From assembly GCA_964016885.1 (NCBI GenBank), contig OZ024742.1:6324001-6388000 (forward strand): a stretch of 64,000 nt of DNA. Direction: 5' to 3'. The notes under the pieces are model-generated. The model was not told the DNA's origin and searched no databases. It saw only the letters and a program-made list of their open reading frames with translations. This DNA comes from Eledone cirrhosa (lineage: Eukaryota). Shown here piece by piece: positions 49,901-64,000 of the stretch (within the stretch, counting starts at the first letter, position 1; the number at the start of each line of letters is the position of its first letter). A program made the position numbers and the translations under genes.

Positions 49901-52900
49901 GTGTTAGAAGCTGTCACCAACAACAAGACCTCTGTGTTGTGTGTTAGAAGCTGTCACCAACAACAAGACCTCTGTGTTGTGTGTTAGAAGCTGTCACCAA
50001 CAACAACACCTCTGCGTTGTGTGTTAGAAGCTGTCACCAATAACAAGACCTCTGTGTTGTGTGTTAGAAACTGTCACCAACATTAAGACCTCTGTGTTGT
50101 GTGTTAGAAGCTGTCACCAACAACAAGACATGTGTTGCATGTTAGAAGCTGTCACCAACGACAATACCTCTGTGTTGTGTGTTAGAAGCTGTCACCAACA
50201 ACAAGACCGCTGTGTTGTGTGTTAGAAGCTGTCATCAACAACAAGACCGCTGTGTTGAGTATTAGTAGCTGTCACCAACAACAAGACCTCTATGTTGTGT
50301 GTTAGAAGCTGTCACCAACAACAAGACCTCTGTGTTGTGTGTTAGAAGCTGTCACCAACAACAAGACCTCCGTATTGTGTGTTAGAAGCTGACACCAACA
50401 AGACCTCTGTGTTGTTTGTTAGAAGCTGTCACCAACAACAAGACCTCTGTGTTGTGTGTTAGAAGCTGTCACCAACAACAAGACCGCTGTGTTGTGTGTT
50501 AGAAGCTGTCACCAACAACAAGACAGCTGTGCTGTGTGTTAGAAGATGTCACCAACAACAAGACATGTGTTGTGTGTTAGAAGCTGTCACCAACAACAAG
50601 AACGCTGTGTTGTGTGTTAGAAGCTGTCACCAACAACAAGACAGCTGTGTTGTGTTTTAGAAGCTGTCACCAACAACAAGACCTCTGTGTTCTGTGTTAG
50701 AATGTCACCAACAACAAAACCTCTATGTTGTGTGTTAGAAGCTGTCACCAACAACAAGACCGCTGTGTTGTGTGTTAGAAGCTGTCACCAACAACAAGAC
50801 CTCTGTGTTGTGTGTTAGAAGCTGTCACCAACAACAAGACCTCTGTGCTGTGTGTTAGAAGCTGTCACCAACAACAACACCTCTGTGTTGTGTGTTAGAA
50901 GCTGTCACCAATAACAAGACATGTGTTGTGTGTTAGAAGCTGTCACCAACAACAAGATCTCTGTGTTGTGTGTTAGAAGCTGTCACCAACAACAAGACCT
51001 CTGTGTTGTGTGTTAGAAACTGTCACCAACAACAAGACTTCTGTGTTGTGTGTTAGAAGCTGTCACCAACAACAAGACCGCTGTGTTGTGTGTTAGATGC
51101 TGTCACCAACAACAAGACCTCTGTGTTGTGTGTTAGAAGCTGTCACCAACAACAAGACCTCTGTGTTGTGTGTTAGAAGCTGTCACCAACAACAAGACTT
51201 CTGTGTTGTGTGTTAGAAGCTGTCACCAACAACAAGACCTCTATGTTGTGTGTTAGAAGCTGTCACCAACAACAAGACCTCTGTGTTGTGTGTTAGAAGC
51301 TGTCACCAACAACAAGACCTCTGTGTTGTGTGTTAGAAGCTGTCACCAACAACAAGACCTCTGTGTTGTGTGTTAGAAGCTGTCACCAACAACAAGACTT
51401 CTGTGTTGTGTGTTAGAAGCTGTCACCAACAACAAGACCGCTGTGTTGTGTGTTAGATGCTGTCACCAACAACAAGACCTCTGTGTAGTGTGTTAGAAGC
51501 TGTCACCAACAACAACACCTCTGTGTTGTGGGTTAGAAGCTGTCACCAACAACAAGACATGTGTTGTGTGTTAGAAGCTGTCACCAACACCAAGACCTCT
51601 GTGTTCTGTGTTAGAATGTCACCAACAACAAGACCTCTATGTTGTGTGTTAGAAGCTGTCACCAACAACAAGACCTCTGTGTTGTGTGTTAGAAGCTGTC
51701 ACCAACAACAAGACCTCTGTGTTGTGTGTTAGAAGCTGTCACCAACAACAAGACCTCTGTGTTGTGTGTTAGAAGCTGTCACCAACAACAACACCTCTGT
51801 GTTGTGTGTTAGAAGCTGTCACCAATAACAAGACCTCTGTGTTGTGTGTTAGAAACTGTCACCAACATTAAGACCTCTGTGTTGTGTGTTAGAAGCTGTC
51901 ACCAACAACAAGACATGTGTTGCATGTTAGAAGCTGTCACCAACGACAATACCTCTGTGTTGTGTGTTAGAAGCTGTCACCAACAACAAGACCGCTGTGT
52001 TGTGTGTTAGAAGCTGTCATCAACAACAAGACCGCTGTGTTGAGTATTAGTAGCTGTCACCAACAACAAGACCTCTATGTTGTGTGTTAGAAGCTGTCAC
52101 CAACAACAAGACCTCTGTGTTGTGTGTTAGAAGCTGTCACCAACAACAAGACCTCCGTATTGTGTGTTAGAAGCTGTCACCAACAAGAAGACATGTGTTG
52201 TGTGTTAGAAGCTGTCACCAACAACAAGACCTCCGTATTGTGTGTTAGAAGCTGACACCAACAAGACCTCTGTGTTGTTTGTTAGAAGCTGTCACCAACA
52301 ACAAGACCTCTGTGTTGTGTGTTAGAAGCTGTCACCAACAACAAGACCGCTGTGTTGTGTGTTAGAAGCTGTCACCAACAACAAGACAGCTGTGCTGTGT
52401 GTTAGAAGATGTCACCAACAACAAGACATGTGTTGTGTGTTAGAAGCTGTCACCAACAACAAGAACGCTGTGTTGTGTGTTAGAAGCTGTCACCAACAAC
52501 AAGACAGCTGTGTTGTGTTTTAGAAGCTGTCACCAACAACAAGACCTCTGTGTTCTGTGTTAGAATGTCACCAACAACAAAACCTCTATGTTGTGTGTTA
52601 GAAGCTGTCACCAACAACAAGACCGCTGTGTTGTGTGTTAGAAGCTGTCACCAACAACAAGACCTCTGTGTTGTGTGTTAGAAGCTGTCACCAACAACAA
52701 GACCTCTGTGCTGTGTGTTAGAAGCTGTCACCAACAACAACACCTCTGTGTTGTGTGTTAGAAGCTGTCACCAATAACAAGACATGTGTTGTGTGTTAGA
52801 AGCTGTCACCAACAACAAGATCTCTGTGTTGTGTGTTAGAAGCTGTCACCAACAACAAGACCTCTGTGTTGTGTGTTAGAAACTGTCACCAACAACAAGA

Positions 52901-55900
52901 CTTCTGTGTTGTGTGTTAGAAGCTGTCACCAACAACAAGACCGCTGTGTTGTGTGTTAGATGCTGTCACCAACAACAAGACCTCTGTGTTGTGTGTTAGA
53001 AGCTGTCACCAACAACAAGACCTCTGTGTTGTGTGTTAGAAGCTGTCACCAACAACAAGACTTCTGTGTTGTGTGTTAGAAGCTGTCACCAACAACAAGA
53101 CCTCTATGTTGTGTGTTAGAAGCTGTCACCAACAACAAGACCTCTGTGTTGTGTGTTAGAAGCTGTCACCAACAACAAGACCTCTGTGTTGTGTGTTAGA
53201 AGCTGTCACCAACAACAAGACCTCTGTGTTGTGTGTTAGAAGCTGTCACCAACAACAAGACTTCTGTGTTGTGTGTTAGAAGCTGTCACCAACAACAAGA
53301 CCGCTGTGTTGTGTGTTAGATGCTGTCACCAACAACAAGACCTCTGTGTAGTGTGTTAGAAGCTGTCACCAACAACAACACCTCTGTGTTGTGGGTTAGA
53401 AGCTGTCACCAACAACAAGACATGTGTTGTGTGTTAGAAGCTGTCACCAACACCAAGACCTCTGTGTTCTGTGTTAGAATGTCACCAACAACAAGACCTC
53501 TATGTTGTGTGTTAGAAGCTGTCACCAACAACAAGACCTCTGTGTTGTGTGTTAGAAGCTGTCACCAACAACAAGACCTCTGTGTTGTGTGTTAGAAGCT
53601 GTCACCAACAACAAGACCTCTGTGTTGTGTGTTAGAAGCTGTCACCAACAACAACACCTCTGTGTTGTGTGTTAGAAGCTGTCACCAATAACAAGACCTC
53701 TGTGTTGTGTGTTAGAAACTGTCACCAACATTAAGACCTCTGTGTTGTGTGTTAGAAGCTGTCACCAACAACAAGACATGTGTTGCATGTTAGAAGCTGT
53801 CACCAACGACAATACCTCTGTGTTGTGTGTTAGAAGCAGTCACCAACAACAAGACCTCTGTGTTGTGTGTTAGAAGCTGTCACCAACAACAAGACCGCTG
53901 TGTTGTGTGTTAGAAGCTGTCACCAACAACAAGACCGCTGTGTTGTGTGTTAGAAGCTGTCATCAACAACAAGACCGCTGTGTTGAGTATTAGTAGCTGT
54001 CACCAACAACAAGACCTCTATGTTGTGTGTTAGAAGCTGTCACCAACAACAAGACCTCTGTGTTGTGTGTTAGAAGCTGTCACCAACAACAAGACATGTG
54101 TTGTGTGTTAGAAGCTGTCACCAACAACAAGACCTCCGTATTGTGTGTTAGAAGCTGTCACCAACAACAAGACATGTGTTGTGTGTTAGAAGCTGTCACC
54201 AACAACAACACCTCTGTATTGTGTGTTAGAAGCTGTCACCAACAACAAGACCTCTGTGTTGTGTGTTAGAAGCTGTCACCAACAACAAGACCTCCGTATT
54301 GTGTGTTAGAAGCTGTCACCAACAACAAGACATGTGTTGTGTGTTAGAAGCTGTCACCAACAACAAGACCTCCGTATTGTGTGTTAGAAGCTGACACCAA
54401 CAAGACCGCTGTGTTGTTTGTTATAAGCTGTCACCAACAACAAGACAGCTGTGTTGTGTTTTAGAAGCTGTCACAAACAACAAGACCGCTGTGTTGTGTG
54501 TTAGAGGCTGTCACCAACAACAAGACCGCTGTGTTGTGTGTTGGAAGCTGTCACCAACAACAAGACCGCTGTGCTGTGTGTTAGAAGATGTCACCAACAA
54601 CAAGACATGTGTTGTATGTTAGAAGCTGTCACCAACAACAAGACCGCTGTGTTGTGTGTTAGAAGCTGTCACCAACAACAAGACCGCTGTGTTGTGTGTT
54701 AGAAGCTGTCACCAACAACAAGACCTCTGTGTTGTGTGTTAGAAGCTGTCACCAACAACAAGACCGCTGTGTTGTTTGTTAGAAGCTGTCACCAACAACA
54801 AGACCGCTGTGTTATGTGTTAGAAGCTGTCACCAACAACAAGACCTCTGTGTTGTGTGTTAGAAGCTGTCACCAACAACAAGACCGCTGTGTTGTGTGTT
54901 AGAAGCTGTCACCAACAACAAGACCGCTGTGTTGTGTGTTAGAAGATGTCACCAACAATAAGACATGTGTTGTGTGTTAGAAGTTGTCACCAATAACAAG
55001 GCCTCTGTGTTGTGTTTTAGAAGCTGTCACCAACAACAAGACCGCTGTGCTGTGTGTTAGAAGCTGTCACCAACAACAAGACATGTGTTGTGTGTTAGAA
55101 GCTGTCACCAACACCAAGACCTCTGTGTTCTGTGTTAGAATGTCACCAACAACAAGTCCTCTATGTTGTGTGTTAGAAGCTGTCACTAACAACAAGACCT
55201 CTGTGTTGTGTGTTAGAAGCTGTCACCAACAACAAGACCTCTGTGTTGTGTGTTAGAAGCTGTCACCAACAACAAGACCTCTGTGTTGTGTGTTAGAAGC
55301 TGTCACCAACAACAACACCTCTGTGTTGTGTGTTAGAAGCTGTCACCAATAACAAGACCTCTGTGTTGTGTGTTAGAAACTGTCACCAAAATTAAGACCT
55401 CTGTGTTGTGTGTTAGAAGCTGTCACCAACAACAAGACATGTGTTGCGTGTTAGAAGCTGTCACCAACGACAATACCTCTGTGTTGTGTGTTAGAAGCTG
55501 TCACCAACAACAAGAACTCTGTGTTGTGTGTTAGAAGCTGTCACCAACAACAAGACCGCAGTGTTGTGTGTTAGAAGCTGTCACCAACAACAAGACCGCT
55601 GTGTTGTGTGTTAGAAGCTGTCATCAACAACAAGACCGCTGTGTTGTGTGTTAGAAGCTGTCACCAACATTAAGACCTCTGTGTTGTGTGTTAGAAGCTG
55701 TCACCAACAACAAGACCGCTGTGTTGTGTGTTAGAAGCTGTCACCAACAACAAGACCGCTGTGTTGTGTGTTAGAAGCTGTCACCACCAACAAGACATGT
55801 GTTGTGTGTTAGAAGCTGTCACCAACACCAAGACCTCTGTGTTCTGTGTTAGAATGTCACCAACAACAAGACCTCTATGTTGTGTGTTAGAAGCTGTCAC

Positions 55901-58900
55901 CAACAACAAGACCGCTGTGTTGTGTGTTAGAAGCTGTCACCAACAACAAGACCTCTGTGTTGTGTGTTAGAAGCTGTCACCAACAACAAGACCTCTGTGT
56001 TGTGTGTTAGAAGCTGTCACCAACAACAAGACCTCTGTGTTGGGTGTTAGAAGCTGTCACCAACAACAACACCTCTGTGTTGTGTGTTAGAAGCTGTCAC
56101 CAATAACAAGACCTCTGTGTTGTGTGTTAGAAACTGTCACCAACATTAAGACCTCTGTGTTGTGTGTTAGAAGCTGTCACCAACAACAAGACATGTGTTG
56201 CGTGTTAGAAGCTGTCACCAACGACAATACCTCTGTGTTGTGTGTTAGAAGCTGTCACCAACAACAAGACATGTGTTGTCTGTTAGAAGCTGTCACCAAC
56301 ACCAAGACCTCTGTGTTCTGTGTTAGAATGTCACCAACAACAAGACCTCTATGTTGTGTGTGAGAAGCTGTCACCAACAACAAGACCTCTGTGTTGTGTG
56401 TTAGAAGCTGTCACCAACAACAAGACCTCTGTGTTGTGTGTTAGAAGCTGTCACCAACAACAAGACCTCTGTGTTGTGTGTTAGAAGCTGTCACCAACAA
56501 CAACACCTCTGTGTTGTGTGTTAGAAGCTGTCACCAATAATAAGACCTCTGTGTTGTTTGTTAGAAACTGTCACCAACATTAAGACCTCTGTGCTGTGTG
56601 TTAGAAGCTGTCACCAACAACAAGACATGTGTTGCGTGTTAGAAGCTGTCACCAACGACAATACCTCTGTGTTGTGTGTTAGAAGCTGTCACCAACAACA
56701 AGACCTCTGTGTTGTGTGTTAGAAGCTGTCACCAACAACAAGACCGCTGTGTTGTGTGTTAGAAGCTGTCACCAACAACAAGACCGCTGTGTTGTGTGTT
56801 AGAAGCTGTCATCAACAACAAGACCGCTGTGTTGTGTGTTAGAAGCTGTCACCAACATTAAGACCTCTGTGTTGTGTGTTAGAAGCTGTCACCAACAACA
56901 AGACCGCTGTGTTGTGTGTTAGAAGCTGTCACCAACAACAAGACCGCTGTGTTGTGTGTTAGAAGCTGTCACCAACAACAAGACATGTGTTGTGTGTTAG
57001 AAGCTGTCACCAACACCAAGACCTCTGTGTTCTGTGTTAGAATGTCACCAACAACAAAACCTCTATGTTGTGTGTTAGAAGCTGTCACCAACAACAAGAC
57101 CGCTGTGTTGTGTGTTAGAAGCTGTCACCAACAACAAGACCTCTGTGTTGTGTGTTAGAAGCTGTCACCAACAACAAGACCTCTGTGTTGTGTGTTAGAA
57201 GCTGTCACCAACAACAACACCTCTGTGTTGTGTGTTAGAAGCTGTCACCAATAACAAGACATGTGTTGTGTGTTAGAAGCTGTCACCAACAACAAGACCT
57301 CTGTGTTGTGTGTTAGAAGCTGTCACCAACAACAAGACCTCTGTGTTGTGTGTTAGAAACTGTCACCAACAACAAGACCGCTGTGTTGTGTGTTAGATGC
57401 TGTCACCAACAACAAGACCTCTGTGTTGTGTGTTAGAAGCTGTCACCAACAACAAGACCTCTGTGTTGTGTGTTAGAAGCTGTCACCAACAACAAGACCT
57501 CTGTGTTGTGTGTTAGAAGCTGTCACCAACAACAAGACTTCTGTGTTGTATGTTAGAAGCTGTCACCAACAACAAGACCTCTATGTTGTGTGTTAGAAGC
57601 TGTCACCAACAATAAGACCTCTGTGTTGTGTGTTAGAATCTGTCACCAACAACAAGACTTCTGTGTTGTGTGTTAGAAGCTGTCACCAACAACAAGACCG
57701 CTGTGTTGTGTGTTAGATGCTGTCACCAACAACAAGACCTCTGTGTTGTGTGTTAGAAGCTGTCACCAACAACAAGACCTCTGTGTTGTGTGTTAGAAGC
57801 TGTCACCAACAACAAGACTTCTGTGTTGTGTGTTAGAAGCTGTCACCAACAACAAGACCTCTATGTTGTGTGTTAGAAGCTGTCACCAACAACAAGACCT
57901 CTATGTTGTGTGTTAGAAGCTGTCACCAACAACAAGACCTCTGTGTTGTGTGTTAGAAGCTGTCACCAACAACAAGACCTCTGTGTTGTGTGTTAGAAGC
58001 TGTCACCAACAACAAGACCGCTGTGTTGTGTGTTAGATGCTGTCACCAACAACAAGACCTCTGTGTTGTGTGTTAGAAGCTGTCACCAACGACAATACCT
58101 CTGTGTTGTGTGTTAGAAGCTGTCACCAACAACAAGACCTCTATGTTGTGTGTTAGAAGTTGTCACCAACAACAAGACCTCTGTGCTTTGTGCTAGAAGT
58201 TGTCACCAACAATAACACCTCTGTGTTGTGTGTTAGAAGCTGTCACCAACAACAAGACTTATGTGTTGTGTGTTAGAAGCTGTCACCAATAACAACACAT
58301 CTGTGTTGTGGGTTAGAAGCTGTCACCAACAACAAGACCTCTGCGTTGTGTGTTAGAAGCTGTCACCAACAACAAGACCTCTGTGTTGTGAGTTAGAAGC
58401 TGTCACCAACACCAAGACCTTTGTGTTCTGTGTTAGAAGGTGTCAGCAACAAGAAGACCTCTATGTTGTGTGTTAGAATCTGTCACCAACAACAATAGCT
58501 CTGTGTTGTGTGTTAGAATCTGTCACCAACAACCAGACCTCTGTGTTGTGTGTTAGAAGCTGTCACCAACAACAAGACCACTGTGTTGTGTGTTAGAAGC
58601 TGACACCAACAACAAGACATGTGTTGTGTGTTAGAAGCTGTCACCAACAACAAGACCACTGTGTTGTGTGTTAGAAGCTGTCACCAACACCAAGACCTCT
58701 GTGTTCTGTGTTAGAAGCTGTCACCAACAACAAGACCTCTGTGTTGTGTGTTAGAAGCTGTCACCAACAACAAGACCTCTGTGTTGTGTGTTAGAAACTG
58801 TCACCGACAACAAGACTTCTGTGTTGTGTGTTAGAAGCTGTCACCAACAACAAGACCGCTGTGTTGTGTGTTAGATGCTGTCACCAACAACAAGACCTCT

Positions 58901-61900
58901 GTGTTGTGTGTTAGAAGCTGTCACCAACAACAAGACCTCTGTGTTGTGTGTTAGAAGCTGTCACCAACAACAAGACTTCTGTGTTGTGTGTTAGAAGCTG
59001 TCACCAACAACAAGACCTCTATGTTGTGTGTTAGAAGCTGTCACCAACAACAAGACCTCTGTGTTGTGTGTTAGAAGCTGTCACCAACAACAAGACCTCT
59101 GTGTTGTGTGTTAGAAGCTGTCACCAACAACAAGACCTCTGTGTTGTGTGTTAGAAGCTGTCACCAACAACAAGACCGCTGTGTTGTGTGTTAGAAGCTG
59201 TCACCAACAACAAGACCGCTGTGTTGTGTGTTAGATGCTGTCACCAACAACAAAACCTCTGTGTTGTGTGTTAGAAGCTGTCACCAACGACAATACCTCT
59301 GTGTTGTGTGTTAGAAGCTGTCACCAACAACAAGACCTCTATGTTGTGTGTTAGAAGCTGTCACCAACAACAAGACCTCTATGTTGTGTGTTAGAAGCTG
59401 TCACCAACACGAAGACTTATGTGTTGTGTGTTAGAAGCTGTCACCAACAACAAGACCTCTGTGTTGTGTGCTAGAAGTTGTCACCAACAATAAGACCTCT
59501 GTGTTGTGTGTTAGAAGCTGTCACCAACAACAAGACTTATGTGTTGTGTGTTAGAAGCTGTCACCAATAACAACACATCTGTATGTGTGTTAGAAGCTGT
59601 CACCAACAACAAGACCTCTGTGTTGTGAGTTAGAAGCTGTCACCAACAACAAGACTTCTGTGTTGTGTGTTAGAAGCTGTCACCAACAACAAGACCTCTG
59701 TGTTGTGTGTTAGAAACTGTCACCAACAACAAGACTTCTGTGTTGTGTGTTAGAAGCTGTCACCAACAACAAGACCGCTGTGTTGTGTGTTAGATGCTGT
59801 CACCAACAACAAGACCTCTGTGTTGTGTGTTAGAAGCTGTCACCAACAACAATACCTCTGTGTTGTGTGTTAGAAGCTGTCACCAACAACAAGACTTCTG
59901 TGTTGTGTGTTAGAAGCTGTCACCAACAACAAGACCGCTGTGTTGTGTGTTAGATGCTGTCACCAACAACAAGACGTCTGTGTTGTGTGTTAGAAGCTGT
60001 CACCAACAACAAGACCTCTGTGTTGTGTGTTAGATGCTGTCACCAACAACAAGACCTCTGTGTTGTGTGTTAGAAGCTGTCACCAACAGCAAGACCTCTG
60101 TGTTGTGTGTTAGAAGCTGTCACCAACAACAAGACCTCTGTGTTGTGTGTTAGAAGCTGTCACCAACAACAACACCTCTGTGTTGTGTGTTAGAAGCTGT
60201 CACCAACAACAAGACCTGTGTGTTGTGTGTTAGAAGCTGTCACCAACAACAAGACCTCTATGTTGTGTGTTAGAAGCTGTCACCAACAACAAGAGCTCCG
60301 TGTTGTGTGTTAAAAGCTGTCACCAGCAACAAGACCGCTGTGTTGTGTGGTAGAAGCTGACACCAACAACAACACATCTGTGTTGTGTGTTAGAAGCTGT
60401 CACCAGCAACAAGACCTCTGTGTCGTGTTAAAAGCTGTCACCAGCAACAAGACCTCTGTATTGTGTTAGAAGCTGTCACAAACGACAAGACATGTGTTGT
60501 GTGTTAGAAGCTGTCACCAACACCAACAACTCTGTGTTGTGTGTTAGAACCTGTCACCAACAACAAGACTTATGTGTTGTGTGTTAGAAGCTGTCACCAA
60601 CAACAACAGCTCTGTATTGTGTGTTACAAGCTGTCACCAACAACAAGACCTCTGTATTGTGTGTTAGAAGCTGTCACCAACAACACGACCTCTGTGTTGT
60701 GTGTTAGAAGCTGTCACCAACAACAACACGTCTCTGTTGTGTGTTAGAAGCTGTCACCAACAACAACACCTCTGTGTTGTGTGTTAGAAGCTGTGACCAA
60801 CATTAAGACCTCTGTGTTGTGTGTTAGAAGCTGTCACCAACAACAAGACATGTGTTGTGTGTTAGAAGCTGTGACCAACAAAAACACCTCTGTATTGTGT
60901 GTTAGAAGCTGTCACCAACAACAAGACCGCTGTGTTGTGTGTTAGAAGATGTCACCAACAACAAGACTTCTGTGTTGTGTGTTAGAAGCTGTCACCAACA
61001 AAAACACCTCAGTATTGTGTGTTAGAATCTGTCACCAACAACACGACCTCTGTGTTGTGTGTTAGAAGGTGTCACCAACAACAACACCTCTGTGTTGTGT
61101 GTTAGAAGCTGTCACCAACAACAAGACCTCTGTGTTGTGTGTTAGAAGCTGTCACCAACATTAAGACCTCTGTGTTGTGTGTTAGAAGCTGTCACCAACA
61201 ACAAGATATGTGTTGTGTGTTAGAAGCTGTCACCAACAACAAGACCGCTGTGTTGTGTGTTAGAAGCAGTCACCAACAACAACACCTCTGTGTTGTGTGT
61301 TAGAAGCTGTCACCAATAACAAGATCTCCGTGTTGTGTGTTAGAAGCTGTCACCAACAACAAGAGCTCTGTATTGTGTGTTAGAAGCTGTCACCAACAAC
61401 ACGACCTCTGTGTTGTGTGTTAGAAGCTGTCACCAACAACAACACCTCTCTGTTGTGTGTTAGAAGCTGTCACCAACAACAAGACCTCTGTGTTGTGTGT
61501 TAGAAGCTGTGACCAACATTAAGACCTCTGTGTTGTGTGTTAGAAGCTGTCACCAACAAAAACACCTCTGTATTGTGTGTTAGAAGCTATCACCAACAAC
61601 AAGACTTCTGTGTTGTGTGTTAGAAACTGTCACCAACAACAACACCTCTGTATTGTGTGTTAGAAGCTGTCACCAACAACACGACCTCTGTGTTGTGTGT
61701 TAGAAGCTGTCACCAACAACAAGACCTCTGTGTTGTGTGTTAGAAGCTGTCACCAACAACAAGACCTCTGTGTTGTGTGTTAGAAGCTGTCACCAACATT
61801 AAGACCTCTGTGTTGTGTGTTAGAAGCTGTCACCAACAACAAGACCTCTGTGTTGTGTGTTAGAAGCTGTCACCAACAACAACACCTCTGTGTTGTGTGT

Positions 61901-64000
61901 TAGAAGCTGTCACCAACAGCAAGATTTATGTGTTGTGTGTTAGAAGCTGTCACCAACAACAAGACCTCTATGTTGTGTGTTAGAAGCTGTCACCAACAAC
62001 AAGACCTCCGTGTTGTGTGTTAAAAGCTGTCACCAGCAACAAGACCGCTGTGTTGTGTGGTAGAAGCTGTCACCAACAACAACACACCTGTGTTGTGTGT
62101 TAGAAGCTGTCACCAACAACAAGACCTCTGTATTGTGTGTTAGAAGCTGTCACCAACAACACGACCTCTGTGTTGTGTGTTAGAAGCTGTCACCAACAAC
62201 AAGACCTCTGTGTTGTGTGTTAGAAGCTGTGACCAACATTAAGACCTCTGTGTTGTGTGTTAGAAGCTGTCACCAACAACAAGACCTCTGTGTTGTGTGT
62301 TAGAAGCTGTCACCAACATTAAGACCTCTGTGTTGTGTGTTAGAAGCTGTCACCAGCAACAAGACCTATGTGTCGTGTTAAAAGCTGTCACCAGCAACAA
62401 GACCTCTGTATTGTGTGTTAGAAGCTGTCACCAACAAAAACACCTCTGTATTGTGTGTTAGAAGCTGTCACCAACAACAAGACCGCTGTGTTGTGTGTTA
62501 GAAGATGTCACCAACAACAATACCGCTGTGCTGTGTGTTAGAAGCTGTCACCAACAACAAGACATGTGTTGTGTGTTAGAAGCTGTCACCAATAACAAGG
62601 CCTCTGTGTTGTGTGTTAGAAGCTGTTACCAACAACAAGACCACTGTGTTGTGTGTTAGAAGCTGTCACCAACAACAAGACATGTGTTGTGTGTTAGAAG
62701 CTGTCACCAACAACAAGACCGCTGTGTTGTGTGTTAGAAGCTGTCACCAACAACAATACCGCTGTGCTGTGTGTTAGAAGCTGTCACCAACAACAAGAGC
62801 TCCGTGTTGTGTGTTAGAAGCTGTCACCAATAACAAGGCCTCTGTGTTGTGTGTTAGAAGCTGTCACCAACAACAAGACCACTGTGTTGTGTGTTAGAAG
62901 CTGTCACCAACAACAAGACATGTGCTGTGTGTTAGAAGCTGTCACCAACAACAAGACCACTGTGTTGTGTGTTAGAAGCTGTCACCAACAAAAACACCTT
63001 TGTATTGTGTGTTAGAAGCTGTCACCAAAAACAAGACCGCTGTGTTGTGTGTTAGAAGATGTCACCAACAACAAGACTTCTGTGTTATGTGTTAGAAGCT
63101 GTCACCAACAACAACACCTCTGTAGTGTGTGTTAGAAGCTGTCACCAACAACAAGACCTCTGTATTGTGTGTTAGAAGCTGTCACCAACAACACGACCCC
63201 TGTGTTGTGTGTTAGAAGCTGTCACCATCAACAACACCTCTGTGTTGTGTGTTAGAAGCTGTCACCAACAACAAGACCTCTGTGTTGTGTGTTAGAAGCT
63301 GTCACCAACATTAAGACCTCTGTGTTGTGTATTAGAAGCTGTCACCAACAACAAGACATGTGTTGTTTGTTAGTAGCTGTCACCAACATAAGACCTCTGT
63401 GTTGTGTGTTAGAAGCTGTCACCAACAACAAGACATGTGTTGTGTGTTAGAAGCTGTCACCAACAACAAGACATGTGTTGTGTGTTAGAAGCTGTCACCA
63501 ATAACAAGGCCTCTGTGTTGTGTCTTAGAAGCTGTCACCAACAACAAGACCACTGTGTTGTGTGTTAGAAGCTGTCACCAACAACAAGACTTATGTGTTG
63601 TGTGTTAGAAGCTGTCACCAACAACAACACCTCTGTATTGTGTGTTAGAAGCTGTCACCAATAACAAGACCGCTGTGTTGTGTGTTAGAAGATGTCACCA
63701 ACAACAAGACTTCTGTGTTGTGTGTTACAAGCTGTCACCAAAAACAACACCTCTGTATTGTGTGTTAGAAGCTGTCACCAACAACAAGACCTCTGTATTG
63801 TGTGTTAGAAGCTGCCACCAACAACACGACCTCTGTGTTGTGTGTTAGAAGCTGTCCCCAACAACAAGACCTCTGTGTAGTGTGTTAGAAGCTGTCACCA
63901 CCAACAAGACCTCTGTGTTGTGTGTTAGAAGCTGTCACCAACAACAACACCTTTGTATTGTGTGTTAGAAGCTGTCACCAAAAACAAGACCGCTGTGTTG
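40903..64000. repeat. 40-bp satellite array (>23 kb, roughly 580 monomers, runs off the window) with higher-order duplications
   Basis: Consensus tgtgttagaagctgtcaccaacaacaagacctctgtgttg, with 38-bp and 37-bp deletion variants and recurrent variant strings at kb-scale spacing. Confidence 0.98.

Noticed and set aside
40903-64000. CRISPR-like array or Cys-rich repeat protein
   Set aside because: Monomers are contiguous with no unique spacers and no cas genes. The short ORFs arise only where 38-bp variants shift the recurrent TAG.

Overview
Eukaryotic, repeat-saturated, AT-rich DNA with no recognisable host protein-coding gene. The SINE family and (TA)n/(CA)n density suggest a cephalopod (octopus-like) genome; that is inference only. 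Bases 1-40 kb are a nest of transposon relics. At least three Penelope-like element (PLE) families carry RT plus C-terminal GIY-YIG (1203-2757 and 17606-21045; 8917-13998; 6240-8874). There are also many short non-coding PLE-type termini, two RTE LINE fragments, tRNA-derived SINEs, a Helitron/Helentron PIF1 fragment, microsatellites and minisatellites. About 12 well-formed and 4 degenerate minimal type I hammerhead ribozyme motifs are visible. These include a non-coding, tandem-plus-inverted array with a 469-nt unit that looks like a retrozyme (26236-27569). About ten insertions share a fold-back layout in which typically only one arm carries a terminal tail. Several unrelated tails share a palindromic GAGYRCTC motif 35-60 bp from the terminus. 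Bases 40.9-64 kb are one 40-bp satellite array with kb-scale higher-order duplications. All calls come from reading the sequence by eye; no searches were run.
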